Source: Nannocystis bainbridge
GTDB lineage: Bacteria > Myxococcota_A > Polyangia > Nannocystales > Nannocystaceae
Direction: 5' to 3'
Assembly: GCF_028368995.1 (NCBI RefSeq)
Contig: NZ_JAQNDL010000005.1
Location: 512,001 to 576,000 of the forward strand
Length of the DNA stretch: 64,000 bases
In this document: one piece after another, positions 39,591 to 48,572 of the stretch
Layout: every line of letters starts with the position of its first letter
Numbering within the stretch: the stretch's first letter is position 1
Translations under genes and position numbers: made by a program
Notes under the pieces: model-generated
Told to the model about the DNA's origin: nothing
The model's input: only the letters and a program-made list of their open reading frames with translations
The model's database searches: none

Positions 39591-39941
39591 CTAACGAAAG
39601 GGCCGCCAGAGATCTCGTGCTTGTCCCTCAATCGTTCTTATGGGGCCGAATAGATCCTCGAGGCGTTGAAATAATGTGTAGAACTCAAAGAAGAAGACCT
39701 CATCAGACCACGCGTTCGCTCGAGTGGTTGCGACGAGCCGGAGCTCCTTCGGTGTTGCGCCGCGGGCCAGTTCGATATGCAGACGAGGTTGGTCGAGCTT
39801 CGCCGACGAGAGCACCGCGTCCGCGACTGGCATCTCGAATTCGAAGGTCCAGTGCCTTGCCCAACTGCCATCAGGTCCGCCAATCCAGTCGGGCCAGGGG
39901 TTCAGAATGATGGGTGCGCTATCGTACCCGTCGGTGCTCAT
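39591..39941 (-). CDS. Hypothetical protein, lower GC
   Basis: 116-aa ORF with RBS ggagagagg; atypical codon usage. Confidence 0.6.
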   Translation of the reverse strand: MSTDGYDSAPIILNPWPDWIGGPDGSWARHWTFEFEMPVADAVLSSAKLDQPRLHIELARGATPKELRLVATTRANAWSDEVFFFEFYTLFQRLEDLFGPIRTIEGQARDLWRPFR

Positions 39942-40721
39942 GATCCTCTCTCCCGCGCAAGGCCGAATGTGGGCTCACGACCACTCTAGCAGCCCTCAAG
40001 TGGAGCTCACTGCGACCGCGGCGGTCGAGGGGGCTGCCGCGTGCACGACCCGCCATGGGCGCCTCCCGGGCCCCACGATCAGCGAGCGATTCCACGCATC
40101 CCCCGGGCCACCGCCTCTCGCCACCTCCGAACCCGGCTTCGACCACCACCCTTGAATCATTCTCGCGCATGCGAATGGCGGAACTTGCGCGGTTCCCCGA
40201 ACCATCTTCCAAGTCCTCGCCCGCCCACCCAGCGCATCCTGCGCGCTCCCGGCTCGAGCAGCCCGGTCCGCAAGTTTTACCCGCTCTCTGCAGGGACTTT
40301 CGCGAGCCCTGGCGGCCCTCGCGGTGCAAATCGCTGGTGCCCCGGGGCATCGCCCCCCGCACCTTCCGCGGCGCTCGCAGCCCGCGCCGGCGAGCAATGC
40401 CCCCGGTGCTAAGCGCGGCCGCGAGCGATTGTGAGCATTCCAGCGAGCTCGGGCACGCGAATCGGCGCGCCGTCCCCTGTGCCCGGACGCATGAACCCGC
40501 GCCCTCGCGAATGCGAGCACCGCCCCGACGATCCAGCCCACCCAGCCGGGCCCGTCGATCATGACAGCCTCGCCACGCTCCTCCCCCCGAACCCCGCGCG
40601 AACGCCCTCGTGCCCCCGCACCGCCCCTCGCGTGGGGCCGCGCGCGGTCACTGGCACTGTCTTGATCGAATATTGATACCTGACGTCGGGGACAGCCGCC
40701 GAGCGGCCTCTGCCGCGCCTG

Positions 40722-40883
40722 CTAGCCGAACAGCAGGCCCGCGGCCAGCATCACCGCGAAGCCCGCGAGGAAGATGTAGAAGAGGACCTGCGCCAGGTGG
40801 ACCGCGAACACCGTGATGCCGCCGAAGCCGAAGAACGCAGCGGCCAGCGAGATGAGAAGGAAGATGAGCGCCCAGCGAAGCAT
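40722..40883 (-). CDS. DUF1328 small membrane protein (YtjA-like)
   Basis: MLRWALIFLLISLAAAFFGFGGI..AQVLFYIFL; RBS gagga. Confidence 0.88.
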   Translation of the reverse strand: MLRWALIFLLISLAAAFFGFGGITVFAVHLAQVLFYIFLAGFAVMLAAGLLFG

Positions 40884-41359
40884 GTCCGAATCCTCTTGAG
40901 CCACGTATTTTCGGATCGCCGACAGGCGCAACCCGGTTCGTGGGGCCCACGAGGGACACCCGTTCTTTCGCCTCCCAGGCCCATCTCCGGGCCTTTCTCC
41001 GGCTCGCGGGCGTTCGTCCGCGCACGGGGCGCGGCCGCCCGGGCTTGCCACCGACCGCGCGCCCCTCCTCTCCGATCGCCGCGAAGCGCCTCCCTTCGGC
41101 CCTCCGCGGCCGAAAACCGCCCTCGACCCCGCGCGCGGGTCCGCTGGGCGCTTCGGACCCCACGCGTGTCCGCGAAAAAAGTTGCCGTGCCCGGCATTGA
41201 CATCCGTCCGGGCCCCGATCACGTCTCGATCATCACCACCGAGCGCCGGGAACAAGGTTCTCCCCGGAGCGAGGGCAGGATCCGCGGCTCGGCCTCGATC
41301 GCCGGCAAGCCGCACGGACCGCGGCGAATGACGCCCGGATTATGGAAGGAGCCGACACC

Positions 41360-42598
41360 ATGCTGCGAGAAATCGACACCCGCGAATCGAACGGTGCACT
41401 GGTGAATGAATCGCACCGGCCGCTCACCACTTACTTCCGCGACCTCTCGGAAGCCGACGTGATGACGCGCGAGGAAGAGACCACCGCCGCGATCAAGCTC
41501 GTCCATCTCCGCCGCGGCCTGTGGACCGCGCTCCTCGACTATCCGCCCTACGCCGAGCCGATCGGCGCGCTCCTCCGCGAGCGCCTGTCGGAGGACGACT
41601 GCCCGAGCGCCGCCGTCACCGCTTATGAGAAGGCCGCGCGGACCCTCCGCGACCGCGACCTCCGCAAGCACCACGACGCCTTCGCGGCGGCCCGTGACCG
41701 CGTCGCCGGCCTCCTGCTCGCCGTCGACGTCGACACCGAGATCGCCGACATCCTCGCCGCCGACCTCACCACCCTCGAGGGTCAGCGCGGCGCCCCGACC
41801 ACCCTCGCGGTCCATCCGCCGCGCCGCGGCAGCGTCCCGTTCGCCCGCTACGTCGCCGCCGTGCGCAGCAAGCAGGCCGCCTTCGTCGCCGCCCGCAACG
41901 CCTTCGTGCGCTCCAACCTGCGCCTCGTCGTCGCCCTCGCGCGCCGCTTCTTCCGCGGCAGCGTGCCCCTGCCCGACCTGATCCAGGAGGGCAACCTCGG
42001 CCTCCTCAAGGCCGTCGCCCGCTTCGACCCCGCCCGCGGCTGCCGCTTCTCGACCTACGCCGCCTGGTGGATCCGCCACGCCATCACCCGCTCGATCGCC
42101 GACAAGTCGCGCACCGTCCGCCTGCCCGTCCACATGATCGAGGCGTGCACCAAGGTCGCCCGGTCCCGCCGCGACTTCGAACTCTCCGAGCGCCGCGAGC
42201 CCACCGACGAGGAGCTCGCCGAGATCAGCGGCGTCAGCCGCGAGCGGATCGCCCGCATGGGTTGGTCGCTGATGGAGACCCCGCTCAGCCTCGCCTCCCC
42301 GGCCTCGCGCGACAGCGAGGGCACCCTCGCCGACACCGTCGCCGACCCCGACCACGTCGCCCCGTCCGACCTCATGGACCGCGACCTGCTGCAGTCACAG
42401 CTCGCCGAGGTCTTCGCCCAGCTCACCCCGCTCGAGGCCGACATCCTGCGCAAGCGCGTCGGCCTCGACGGCGAGAGCGAGATGACCCTCAAGGACATCG
42501 GCGCCGGCTACTCGCTCTCGCGCGAGCGGATCCGTCAGCTCCAGGAGGGCGCGCTCGCCAAGCTGCGCGCCGAGTTCTCGCGTCGCAGACTCATGTGA
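41360..42598 (+). CDS. Sigma-70 family factor (RpoD-like regions 1.2-4, no region 1.1)
   Basis: YFRDL..MTREEE, NLRLVV, DLIQEGNLGLLKAVARFD, FSTYAAWWIR, SRERIRQ. Confidence 0.95.
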   Translation: MLREIDTRESNGALVNESHRPLTTYFRDLSEADVMTREEETTAAIKLVHLRRGLWTALLDYPPYAEPIGALLRERLSEDDCPSAAVTAYEKAARTLRDRDLRKHHDAFAAARDRVAGLLLAVDVDTEIADILAADLTTLEGQRGAPTTLAVHPPRRGSVPFARYVAAVRSKQAAFVAARNAFVRSNLRLVVALARRFFRGSVPLPDLIQEGNLGLLKAVARFDPARGCRFSTYAAWWIRHAITRSIADKSRTVRLPVHMIEACTKVARSRRDFELSERREPTDEELAEISGVSRERIARMGWSLMETPLSLASPASRDSEGTLADTVADPDHVAPSDLMDRDLLQSQLAEVFAQLTPLEADILRKRVGLDGESEMTLKDIGAGYSLSRERIRQLQEGALAKLRAEFSRRRLM

Positions 42599-42756
42599 CG
42601 CGCGCGGTCGGTGGCGCCGCAGCCTTCTTTCGCTTGCCCGCCGCCTCCGCGCGACGCGGGCCGAGCCCCCCGCTCGACCGCGAAACGATAACCTCGCTGC
42701 GCGTCACCGACCGATTTGTCCTGCCCCTCCCAACCCTTCACCCCTCGCGCCGCGCG

Positions 42757-42920
42757 GCGACCTGTCCGGAAGGACAAGTCGACCGCGCGGCTCCGTTCGC
42801 GGGGTCCCGCATCCCGCTGCGACCTGTCCCTACAGACAGGTCAGCCGCGCGGCTCCGTTCGCGGGGTCTCGCATCCCGCTGCGACCTGTCCCGAAGGACA
42901 AGTGCGCCGCGCGGCTCCGT
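42757..42920. repeat. Three tandem 62-bp units, each with a 14-bp-period octamer pair (BIME-like)
   Basis: GACCTGTC at 42759/42821/42883 followed by GACA(A/G)GT at +14, then ccgcgcggctccgtt. Confidence 0.9.
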
Positions 42921-42946
42921 TTGCCGTTCGCGCATCGCGGCAGCCC

Positions 42947-43825
42947 TCACGCGCGAGCCTTCACCGCGCCTGTCCCATGCGCCAGATTACCCCGCACGTG
43001 GGCCTCGAGCGCCGCCACCTCCGCGATCGCCGGCGCCCGCTTGCGCTTTATCAAATGCACCTGCAGCCGCGGCAGGTCGACCACCGGCACTGCCACCGTC
43101 CCGGGCGGCGTCGGGATGTACGCATTGACAACCGTCAGCCCGAGGCCGAGCGACGCGTAGTGCGTCATCAGCTCCCACCCGTCGACCTCGACCGCCACGT
43201 GCAGATCGCCGCCGAGCGCCGCCGCCAGCGTCGCCCGGTGCGTGCGCCCGGCCGGCGGCAGGATCAGCGGCCGCCCGGCCAGCGCGCGCGCGCGGATCTG
43301 TTTGCGCTGCGCCAGCGGATCGCCCGCCGGCACGATCGCCACCTGGCCGACCTCGAGCACCCGCGTGCCGTCGAGCTCCGGGTCGGCCTCGAGCAGCGAC
43401 GTGAGCCCCAGGTGGGCCCGGCCGCTGCGGACCGCCTCGATCGTCGCCGGTCGGTCCTCCGTGCGCAGCGACAGCGGCCCTGACCAGCCGCGCAGCGCGT
43501 GGGCCAGCACGTAAAGCTGCAGCGCTCGCCCGGCGCTGACGACCGGCACCGTCGCCCCCTGGCCGGTCGCGCGCGCCGCGAAGCGGTCGACCGCGCCCAG
43601 CACCTCGCGCGCCAGCACCTCGACCTCCTGCCCGCGCGGCGTCAGCCGCAGCGCCCGGCCCTCGAAGCGGTAGAGCGGCCCCGCCCACCCCGCCAGCTGC
43701 TTGACCTGGGTGTGCAGCGCCGGCTGCGACAGGTGCAGGCGCGCCGCCGCGGCCGTGAAGCCGCCGGTCTCGACCACGGCGAGGAAGGCGCGGAGCCAGT
43801 CGAGGCGGACCTCCGATGTATCCAT
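42947..43825 (-). CDS. LysR family transcriptional regulator
   Basis: LRAFLAVVETGGFTAAAARLHLSQPALHTQVKQL. Confidence 0.93.
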   Translation of the reverse strand: MDTSEVRLDWLRAFLAVVETGGFTAAAARLHLSQPALHTQVKQLAGWAGPLYRFEGRALRLTPRGQEVEVLAREVLGAVDRFAARATGQGATVPVVSAGRALQLYVLAHALRGWSGPLSLRTEDRPATIEAVRSGRAHLGLTSLLEADPELDGTRVLEVGQVAIVPAGDPLAQRKQIRARALAGRPLILPPAGRTHRATLAAALGGDLHVAVEVDGWELMTHYASLGLGLTVVNAYIPTPPGTVAVPVVDLPRLQVHLIKRKRAPAIAEVAALEAHVRGNLAHGTGAVKARA

Positions 43826-43915
43826 TTCTTGAATATACCCTCCAAATCCAATCGTGTACATGGATGCTCCGACGATGCACGCTCCTGCCTGTAAATCACA
43901 CAGGAGAGACTATTT

Positions 43916-44413
43916 ATGCATCGCATCGGCATCGACATCGGCCGCGTCATCATCGGCCCCGTGGTCAACGGGCGCTCCGACACCAGCTTCCTCGGCTCCG
44001 GGCTCGAGCAGGCCATGCTCACCCCGCCGGCCCCCGGCGCCTTCGCCGGGGTCGCCGACCTGGTCGCCCGCACCGGCGGCAACGCCTGGCTGGTGTCCAA
44101 GTGCGGCCCCGGCGTGCAGGCCAAGACGCGCGCCTGGCTGACCCATCACCGCTTCTGGAACGAGACCGGCATGGACCCGTCGCACCTGCGCTTCTGCCTC
44201 GCGCGCCCGGACAAGGCCGTGCACGCGCGCAAGCTCCGGCTCACCGCCATGATCGACGACCGCCTCGACGTGCTCGAGCACCTGCGGGGGATCGTCGAGC
44301 ACAAGCTGCTGTTCGGCGAGCAGAAGCGCCCCGGCCCGCCGTGGACCACCCCCGTGCTCGACTGGGACGCCGTGCGCGCCTGGGCCGCCCGGCAGTGGGC
44401 CTCCGCGGCTTGA
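43916..44413 (+). CDS. HAD-like (5'-nucleotidase-like) protein
   Basis: RIGIDIGRVI motif I variant, VSK, K..MIDDR motif IV; RBS aggagag. Confidence 0.7.
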   Translation: MHRIGIDIGRVIIGPVVNGRSDTSFLGSGLEQAMLTPPAPGAFAGVADLVARTGGNAWLVSKCGPGVQAKTRAWLTHHRFWNETGMDPSHLRFCLARPDKAVHARKLRLTAMIDDRLDVLEHLRGIVEHKLLFGEQKRPGPPWTTPVLDWDAVRAWAARQWASAA

Positions 44414-44429
44414 GCATCACCACCAACAC

Positions 44430-44465
44430 AAACGGGGCGGGCTCGCCGGCGAGCCCGCCCCGTTT
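44430..44465. terminator. Perfect 36-bp palindrome, probable bidirectional terminator
   Basis: aaacggggcgggctcgcc|ggcgagcccgccccgttt between convergent genes. Confidence 0.8.
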
Positions 44466-44478
44466 CGCGTCCGATTCA

Positions 44479-44514
44479 AACATGCCCGAAAGGACATGGT
44501 TGAAAGTTCATCCT
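44479..44514. repeat. 14-bp-period repeat (2-3 units, cGAAAg spacer)
   Basis: AACATGCC 44479, GACATGGT 44493, TTCATCCT 44507. Confidence 0.65.
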
Positions 44515-44531
44515 CGATCCTGGCGCCCCGC

Positions 44532-45863
44532 TCACGCGAGCAGCGCCGCCGCCTCGTCGAGCGCGCGCACGCAGGCCGTCACCGCATCCTCGCCGCCGAC
44601 CCACCGGATGAACTCCGCCAGGTCGTACGCGTGATGCAGCGACCCCAGCAACGAAGCCCGCGGGTCGCTCGCCGCCCGCCGCATCACCGCCGCGAACACC
44701 CGGGCCGCCTCGTCCGGCGCCACCACCTCGCGCGCGGCCCACAGCTCGTCGAACCACAGCCCCTCGCGCAGCCCCGCCGGCGTCGTCACCTTCTCGAGGG
44801 CCGCTCGCGCGATCGCCCGCCCCTCGGGCTCGCCCGCCCGGGCCGCCGCCAGCAGCAGCAGCATCTCGATCTGCTCCCGTCCGCCCGCGTGCTCGCGCAC
44901 CCGCGAGAACCACACCTCGGCCTCGCCCGCGGCGTGCCAGCTATCGACCAGCACCTGCAGCGCCGCGCTGCGCAGCTCGCCCGCCTCGACCGCACACGCG
45001 CGCTCGAGGCAGCCGCGCACCATCGTCGCTGGCGGTGACGGGCGGTCCGGCGGTCCCAGCACCTGCGTCAGCCCGCCGAAGAATCGCAGCACCAGCGAAT
45101 CGTCGGACCACGTCGCGCCCGTCGGCCACGCCCACGGCTCGCCGCGCGCCGCCCGATGACCACAGATCTGCCCGTGCGCGTCGGCGCGGACCACCGCGTC
45201 GGCGATCGCCGGCAGCAGCCGCTCGGCCTCGTCCGCGTGGCCGAGCGCGGCCAGCCGCACGAACAGACAGGCCCGCGCCTGGCTGAGCTGGTGCCGCCAA
45301 TCGGCGGTGGCCATGCGCTCGCTGACCGCGATCGCGCGCCGCAGCTGCGCCTCGTCCATCCACGGCGCGAGGCGGGCGAAGGGCCCGGGGTCGTTGCCCG
45401 GATCGATCGGCGCCAGGGCGATCGCGGCGAACGCCGCGATCGCGCGATCGATGACCGCCGCGCGGCTCTCGGGCGCCACCGCCTCGGCCAGGGCGGACAG
45501 CCGCCAGGCGAACAACGGATCGCCCGGATCGATCGACGGCGCCTCCTCCTCCTCCGGCGCGTCGTCGCCGTCGCTGCTGTCACCGGTGAGTCGCCGCCGC
45601 AGCTCGACCGCGTACGGCCCGGGTCGATGCGGCCTGCGCTCGCGCATCCACTGGATCACCAGCGCGCCCCGCAGCATGCGTCCCATCGCCGCCGCTCGCC
45701 CCACGCCGCCCTCCACCGCCTCGCCGGCTGCCATGACGTCGCCGCGGAACCACCCGCCGATCGCCGCCGCCAGCTCGTCGCGCTCGGGCCCCCGGCACAG
45801 CGCGCGCCACTGCTCGCGCAACGCCCCCAGTTCGTCCGCATCACCCTTCACGATCGCGGCCAT
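44532..45863 (-). CDS. Hypothetical alpha-helical protein
   Basis: Long ORF with GC3 bias; no recognised motif. Confidence 0.65.
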   Translation of the reverse strand: MAAIVKGDADELGALREQWRALCRGPERDELAAAIGGWFRGDVMAAGEAVEGGVGRAAAMGRMLRGALVIQWMRERRPHRPGPYAVELRRRLTGDSSDGDDAPEEEEAPSIDPGDPLFAWRLSALAEAVAPESRAAVIDRAIAAFAAIALAPIDPGNDPGPFARLAPWMDEAQLRRAIAVSERMATADWRHQLSQARACLFVRLAALGHADEAERLLPAIADAVVRADAHGQICGHRAARGEPWAWPTGATWSDDSLVLRFFGGLTQVLGPPDRPSPPATMVRGCLERACAVEAGELRSAALQVLVDSWHAAGEAEVWFSRVREHAGGREQIEMLLLLAAARAGEPEGRAIARAALEKVTTPAGLREGLWFDELWAAREVVAPDEAARVFAAVMRRAASDPRASLLGSLHHAYDLAEFIRWVGGEDAVTACVRALDEAAALLA

Positions 45864-45954
45864 CGTCGACCGCCGCGCTCGCCAGCGCAAGCGTCAGGCG
45901 GCCGGCCCGCGGCGAAACACGTTCTCGCGGGCGTGCGGCCGAACGTACGCAGCG

Positions 45955-47868
45955 TCACCTGTCCGCGAAGAACTCGTGCGCGTCGACGTACTTGACCCCG
46001 AGCGAGCGCGCGAAGTCGCGGTCGCTGTCCATGTCGCCGACCATGACGACCCCCTCGCGCGCCAGCCCGTGGCGCTGGATCAGCGACACGCCGAGCCCCG
46101 GCAGCGGCTTGCGGCAGAAGCAGCCGGCCGGGAACGCCGGGTGCGGGCAATACATCACCTCGGCCACCGGCAGGTCGAGCAGCGCCATCGTGCGCGCGAA
46201 CGCGGCCTCGACCGCCTCCTTGCTGACCGTCCCTGACGCCACCCCGCTCTGGTTCGACACGAAGAACAGCTTGTAGCCCTCGTCGACGAACCGTTGCAGC
46301 ACCTCGCGCCGGTTCGGCAGCAGCTCGACGTCCTCGGGGTCGCGCGGGTAGATCTCGCCGCTCCGGGTCTTGCGCAGCGTGCCGTCGACGTCGAGCAGCA
46401 GGCCCTTGCCGGTGAATTGCGGATCGACGCGTCGTACGAACGGGACCTCCTCGACCGCGCCGAAGCCCTCGTCGACGTGCGGTGCCTCGAAGCTGGCCGC
46501 CCACTTCGCCATCGCCGCCGGCGGCGGCAGGTTGGGGTCGTCCTTCGCCAGGTCCTTCAATTCCTCGGGCCCGAGCAGCTTGCCGTAGCGCTCGAGGATT
46601 CGCAGCACCACGTTCGCGTAGGCCTCGTCGATCGGCGTGGCGAGGTAGCGGCAGCGGACCGGCACCCCGTGCGCGTGCGCCGTGCGGATCACCGCGAACC
46701 GCGACGCCCGCGTCGAATAGGTGTTGTCGAGCACCACCCGCCGCTGCCCCGCGGCCAGCAGCGCGCCGAGCTTCGGCACCAGCTCCTCGAGGCTCCCGCC
46801 GATCAGATCGCGGTTCAGCCGCGCGTAGCCGCGATCGACGTAGCGCGCCACCTCCGACGATTTGCCGGCCCCCTGCACCCCCATCATGATCACGACCTCC
46901 GGCTCGTCGCCCGGGCCCTCGCCGGTCACCAGCGCGCGCAGCCCCGCGGGCACCGTCGGCGGCGCCGTGGCGGCCAGCGCCTCGGGCGTCGGCGCGAACG
47001 AGATCTTGCTCTCGAGGTCGACGCGGTCGCGGTCGCCGAACGGGACCTTCAGCGCGCGCAGGCTCGACTCGACGCTCGCGCGCTTGGTGGCCCCGAACAG
47101 CGGCACCACCGGCGGCCCGAGGGCGACCAGGGCCGCCAGCGCCGCCTCGTGCGGCGTGACGCCGTGGCGCGCCGCGATCGGCTTGACCGCCCGGTTCTTC
47201 AGCAGGTTGGCCGTCTTCGCGTGCCCGCCGAGCGGCCGGTGGGCCAAAAACGGGACGCCGAGCTGCCGCGCCAGCGCCACCAGCCCGTCGACCCCGCTGT
47301 TGCGATCCATGACGCTGAGCTCGTTCTGGATCGCCTGCACCTTGAAGTGCCGCTCGGCCTGGCGCACCTCCGCGATCGACGTGTTCGACAGCCCGAGGTG
47401 CTCGATCTTGCCTTCCTTCTGCAGCTCGGCCAGCGCCGCCAGGCTCTCCTCGAGCGGCGTCTTCGGATCGTTGGCGTGCAGCAGCAGCATGAAGATCCGC
47501 TCGACCCCCAGCGCCTTGAGGCTGCCCTCGACCATCTTGCGCAGGTGCTCGCGGCGCCCGTTCGGCACCCACTTGCCCTTCGGCCGCGCCAGCCCGGCCT
47601 TGGTCACCACGCGGACCTGCTCACGCGGGCCGCTCCAGCCGCTCAGCGCCTTGCGCACCAGCTCCTCGCCGTAGTGCAGGTCCTTGTCGGCGAGCGCGTA
47701 CGAGTCGGCGGTGTCGAGCAGCCGGATGCCCTGATCGAGGGCGAAGCGAATGACCTCGATCGCCTCGGCCTCGGCCGGTCGACCTTCCGTCGACAATCGC
47801 AGCAGACCGAGACCGAGCGGGACTTCGAGGGTACCGAGGACGCCATGGAGGGGGGTAGTGGTGCTCAC
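45955..47868 (-). CDS. Fusion: aldo/keto reductase + polynucleotide-kinase-like P-loop (AAA_33) + HAD-IIIA phosphatase
   Basis: DTADSY/VVTKAG/LLLH (AKR tetrad); GVQGAGKS, VVLDNT (kinase); DVDGTLR, SNQSG, CRKP, MVGD (HAD); start may extend to 47907. Confidence 0.9.
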   Translation of the reverse strand: MSTTTPLHGVLGTLEVPLGLGLLRLSTEGRPAEAEAIEVIRFALDQGIRLLDTADSYALADKDLHYGEELVRKALSGWSGPREQVRVVTKAGLARPKGKWVPNGRREHLRKMVEGSLKALGVERIFMLLLHANDPKTPLEESLAALAELQKEGKIEHLGLSNTSIAEVRQAERHFKVQAIQNELSVMDRNSGVDGLVALARQLGVPFLAHRPLGGHAKTANLLKNRAVKPIAARHGVTPHEAALAALVALGPPVVPLFGATKRASVESSLRALKVPFGDRDRVDLESKISFAPTPEALAATAPPTVPAGLRALVTGEGPGDEPEVVIMMGVQGAGKSSEVARYVDRGYARLNRDLIGGSLEELVPKLGALLAAGQRRVVLDNTYSTRASRFAVIRTAHAHGVPVRCRYLATPIDEAYANVVLRILERYGKLLGPEELKDLAKDDPNLPPPAAMAKWAASFEAPHVDEGFGAVEEVPFVRRVDPQFTGKGLLLDVDGTLRKTRSGEIYPRDPEDVELLPNRREVLQRFVDEGYKLFFVSNQSGVASGTVSKEAVEAAFARTMALLDLPVAEVMYCPHPAFPAGCFCRKPLPGLGVSLIQRHGLAREGVVMVGDMDSDRDFARSLGVKYVDAHEFFADR

Positions 47869-48064
47869 GGGACCACTGGCATAACGCCGAGCGAGGGGCG
47901 GAATCAACCGCGTCCCCGTGAATTGTCGAGAGCACCCCGCCGCCGCCGTCCCCGCCGCCGGACTTGCCTCACGGCCTCCGACCCCCGAACTGCACGCCGG
48001 CTCCCGCGCTCACGAGCGAGGCCCGTCGCCGACCCACCGCCCGCGCGTCGCTAGGGCCGCGAAT

Positions 48065-48086
48065 CACCTGTCCTCGGGGACATATG
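48065..48086. repeat. 14-bp-period repeat (2 units)
   Basis: CACCTGTC-ctcggg-GACATATG. Confidence 0.6.
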
Positions 48087-48173
48087 CGCCGACGACCGCG
48101 CCTTCATGACGGTCGCGGCCTCCCCTCCTTCGCCCTCACCGGCGAATGCCCTTACGCGGACGCCCCGGCCAGT

Positions 48174-48469
48174 GATGGCAGGCCCACGTGACGGCGTGGG
48201 CGTCGAGCGGGCTGTCGTGCAAGGACTATGCGGCCAGGGCCGGCGTCAACCCGCGGACATTGACTTGGTGGAAGTCGAAGCTGGCGAGCGTCGGCGCGGC
48301 CGGGCCAGCGCCGGTGAGCTTCGTCGAGGTGACGGAGCAGCTAACCGCGCCGGCGAGCTCAGAGGTCGCGGTGATCGCTGTTCTGTCAGCTGCGCGACTC
48401 GGTGGTGCGGGACCGGGGCTGACGGCGCACCCGCGACTTCCCGGCCACGTCGACATGATGACCGCGTGA
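48174..48469 (+). mobile_element. Second IS66 tnpA relic
   Basis: WQAHVTAWASSGLSCKDYAARAGVNPRTLTWWKSKL..SFVEVT; DNA similar to 30915-31075. Confidence 0.75.
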
Positions 48470-48572
48470 TCCCACGGCGCGGCGCGGTCGGGTGCGCACG
48501 GCGGAGCGAGGCGCGACGTCGACCACCGCGCCTGCGGGGACCGCGACGCAGATCGTGTGCTACTCGAGGGCG

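Noticed and set aside
41360-42598. Primary sigma factor rpoD
   Set aside because: Too short, lacks region 1.1 and has no dnaG context, so no gene symbol was given.
42757-42935. CRISPR array
   Set aside because: The variable part is only about 6-10 nt, units are otherwise tandem duplicates, and no cas genes are in the window.
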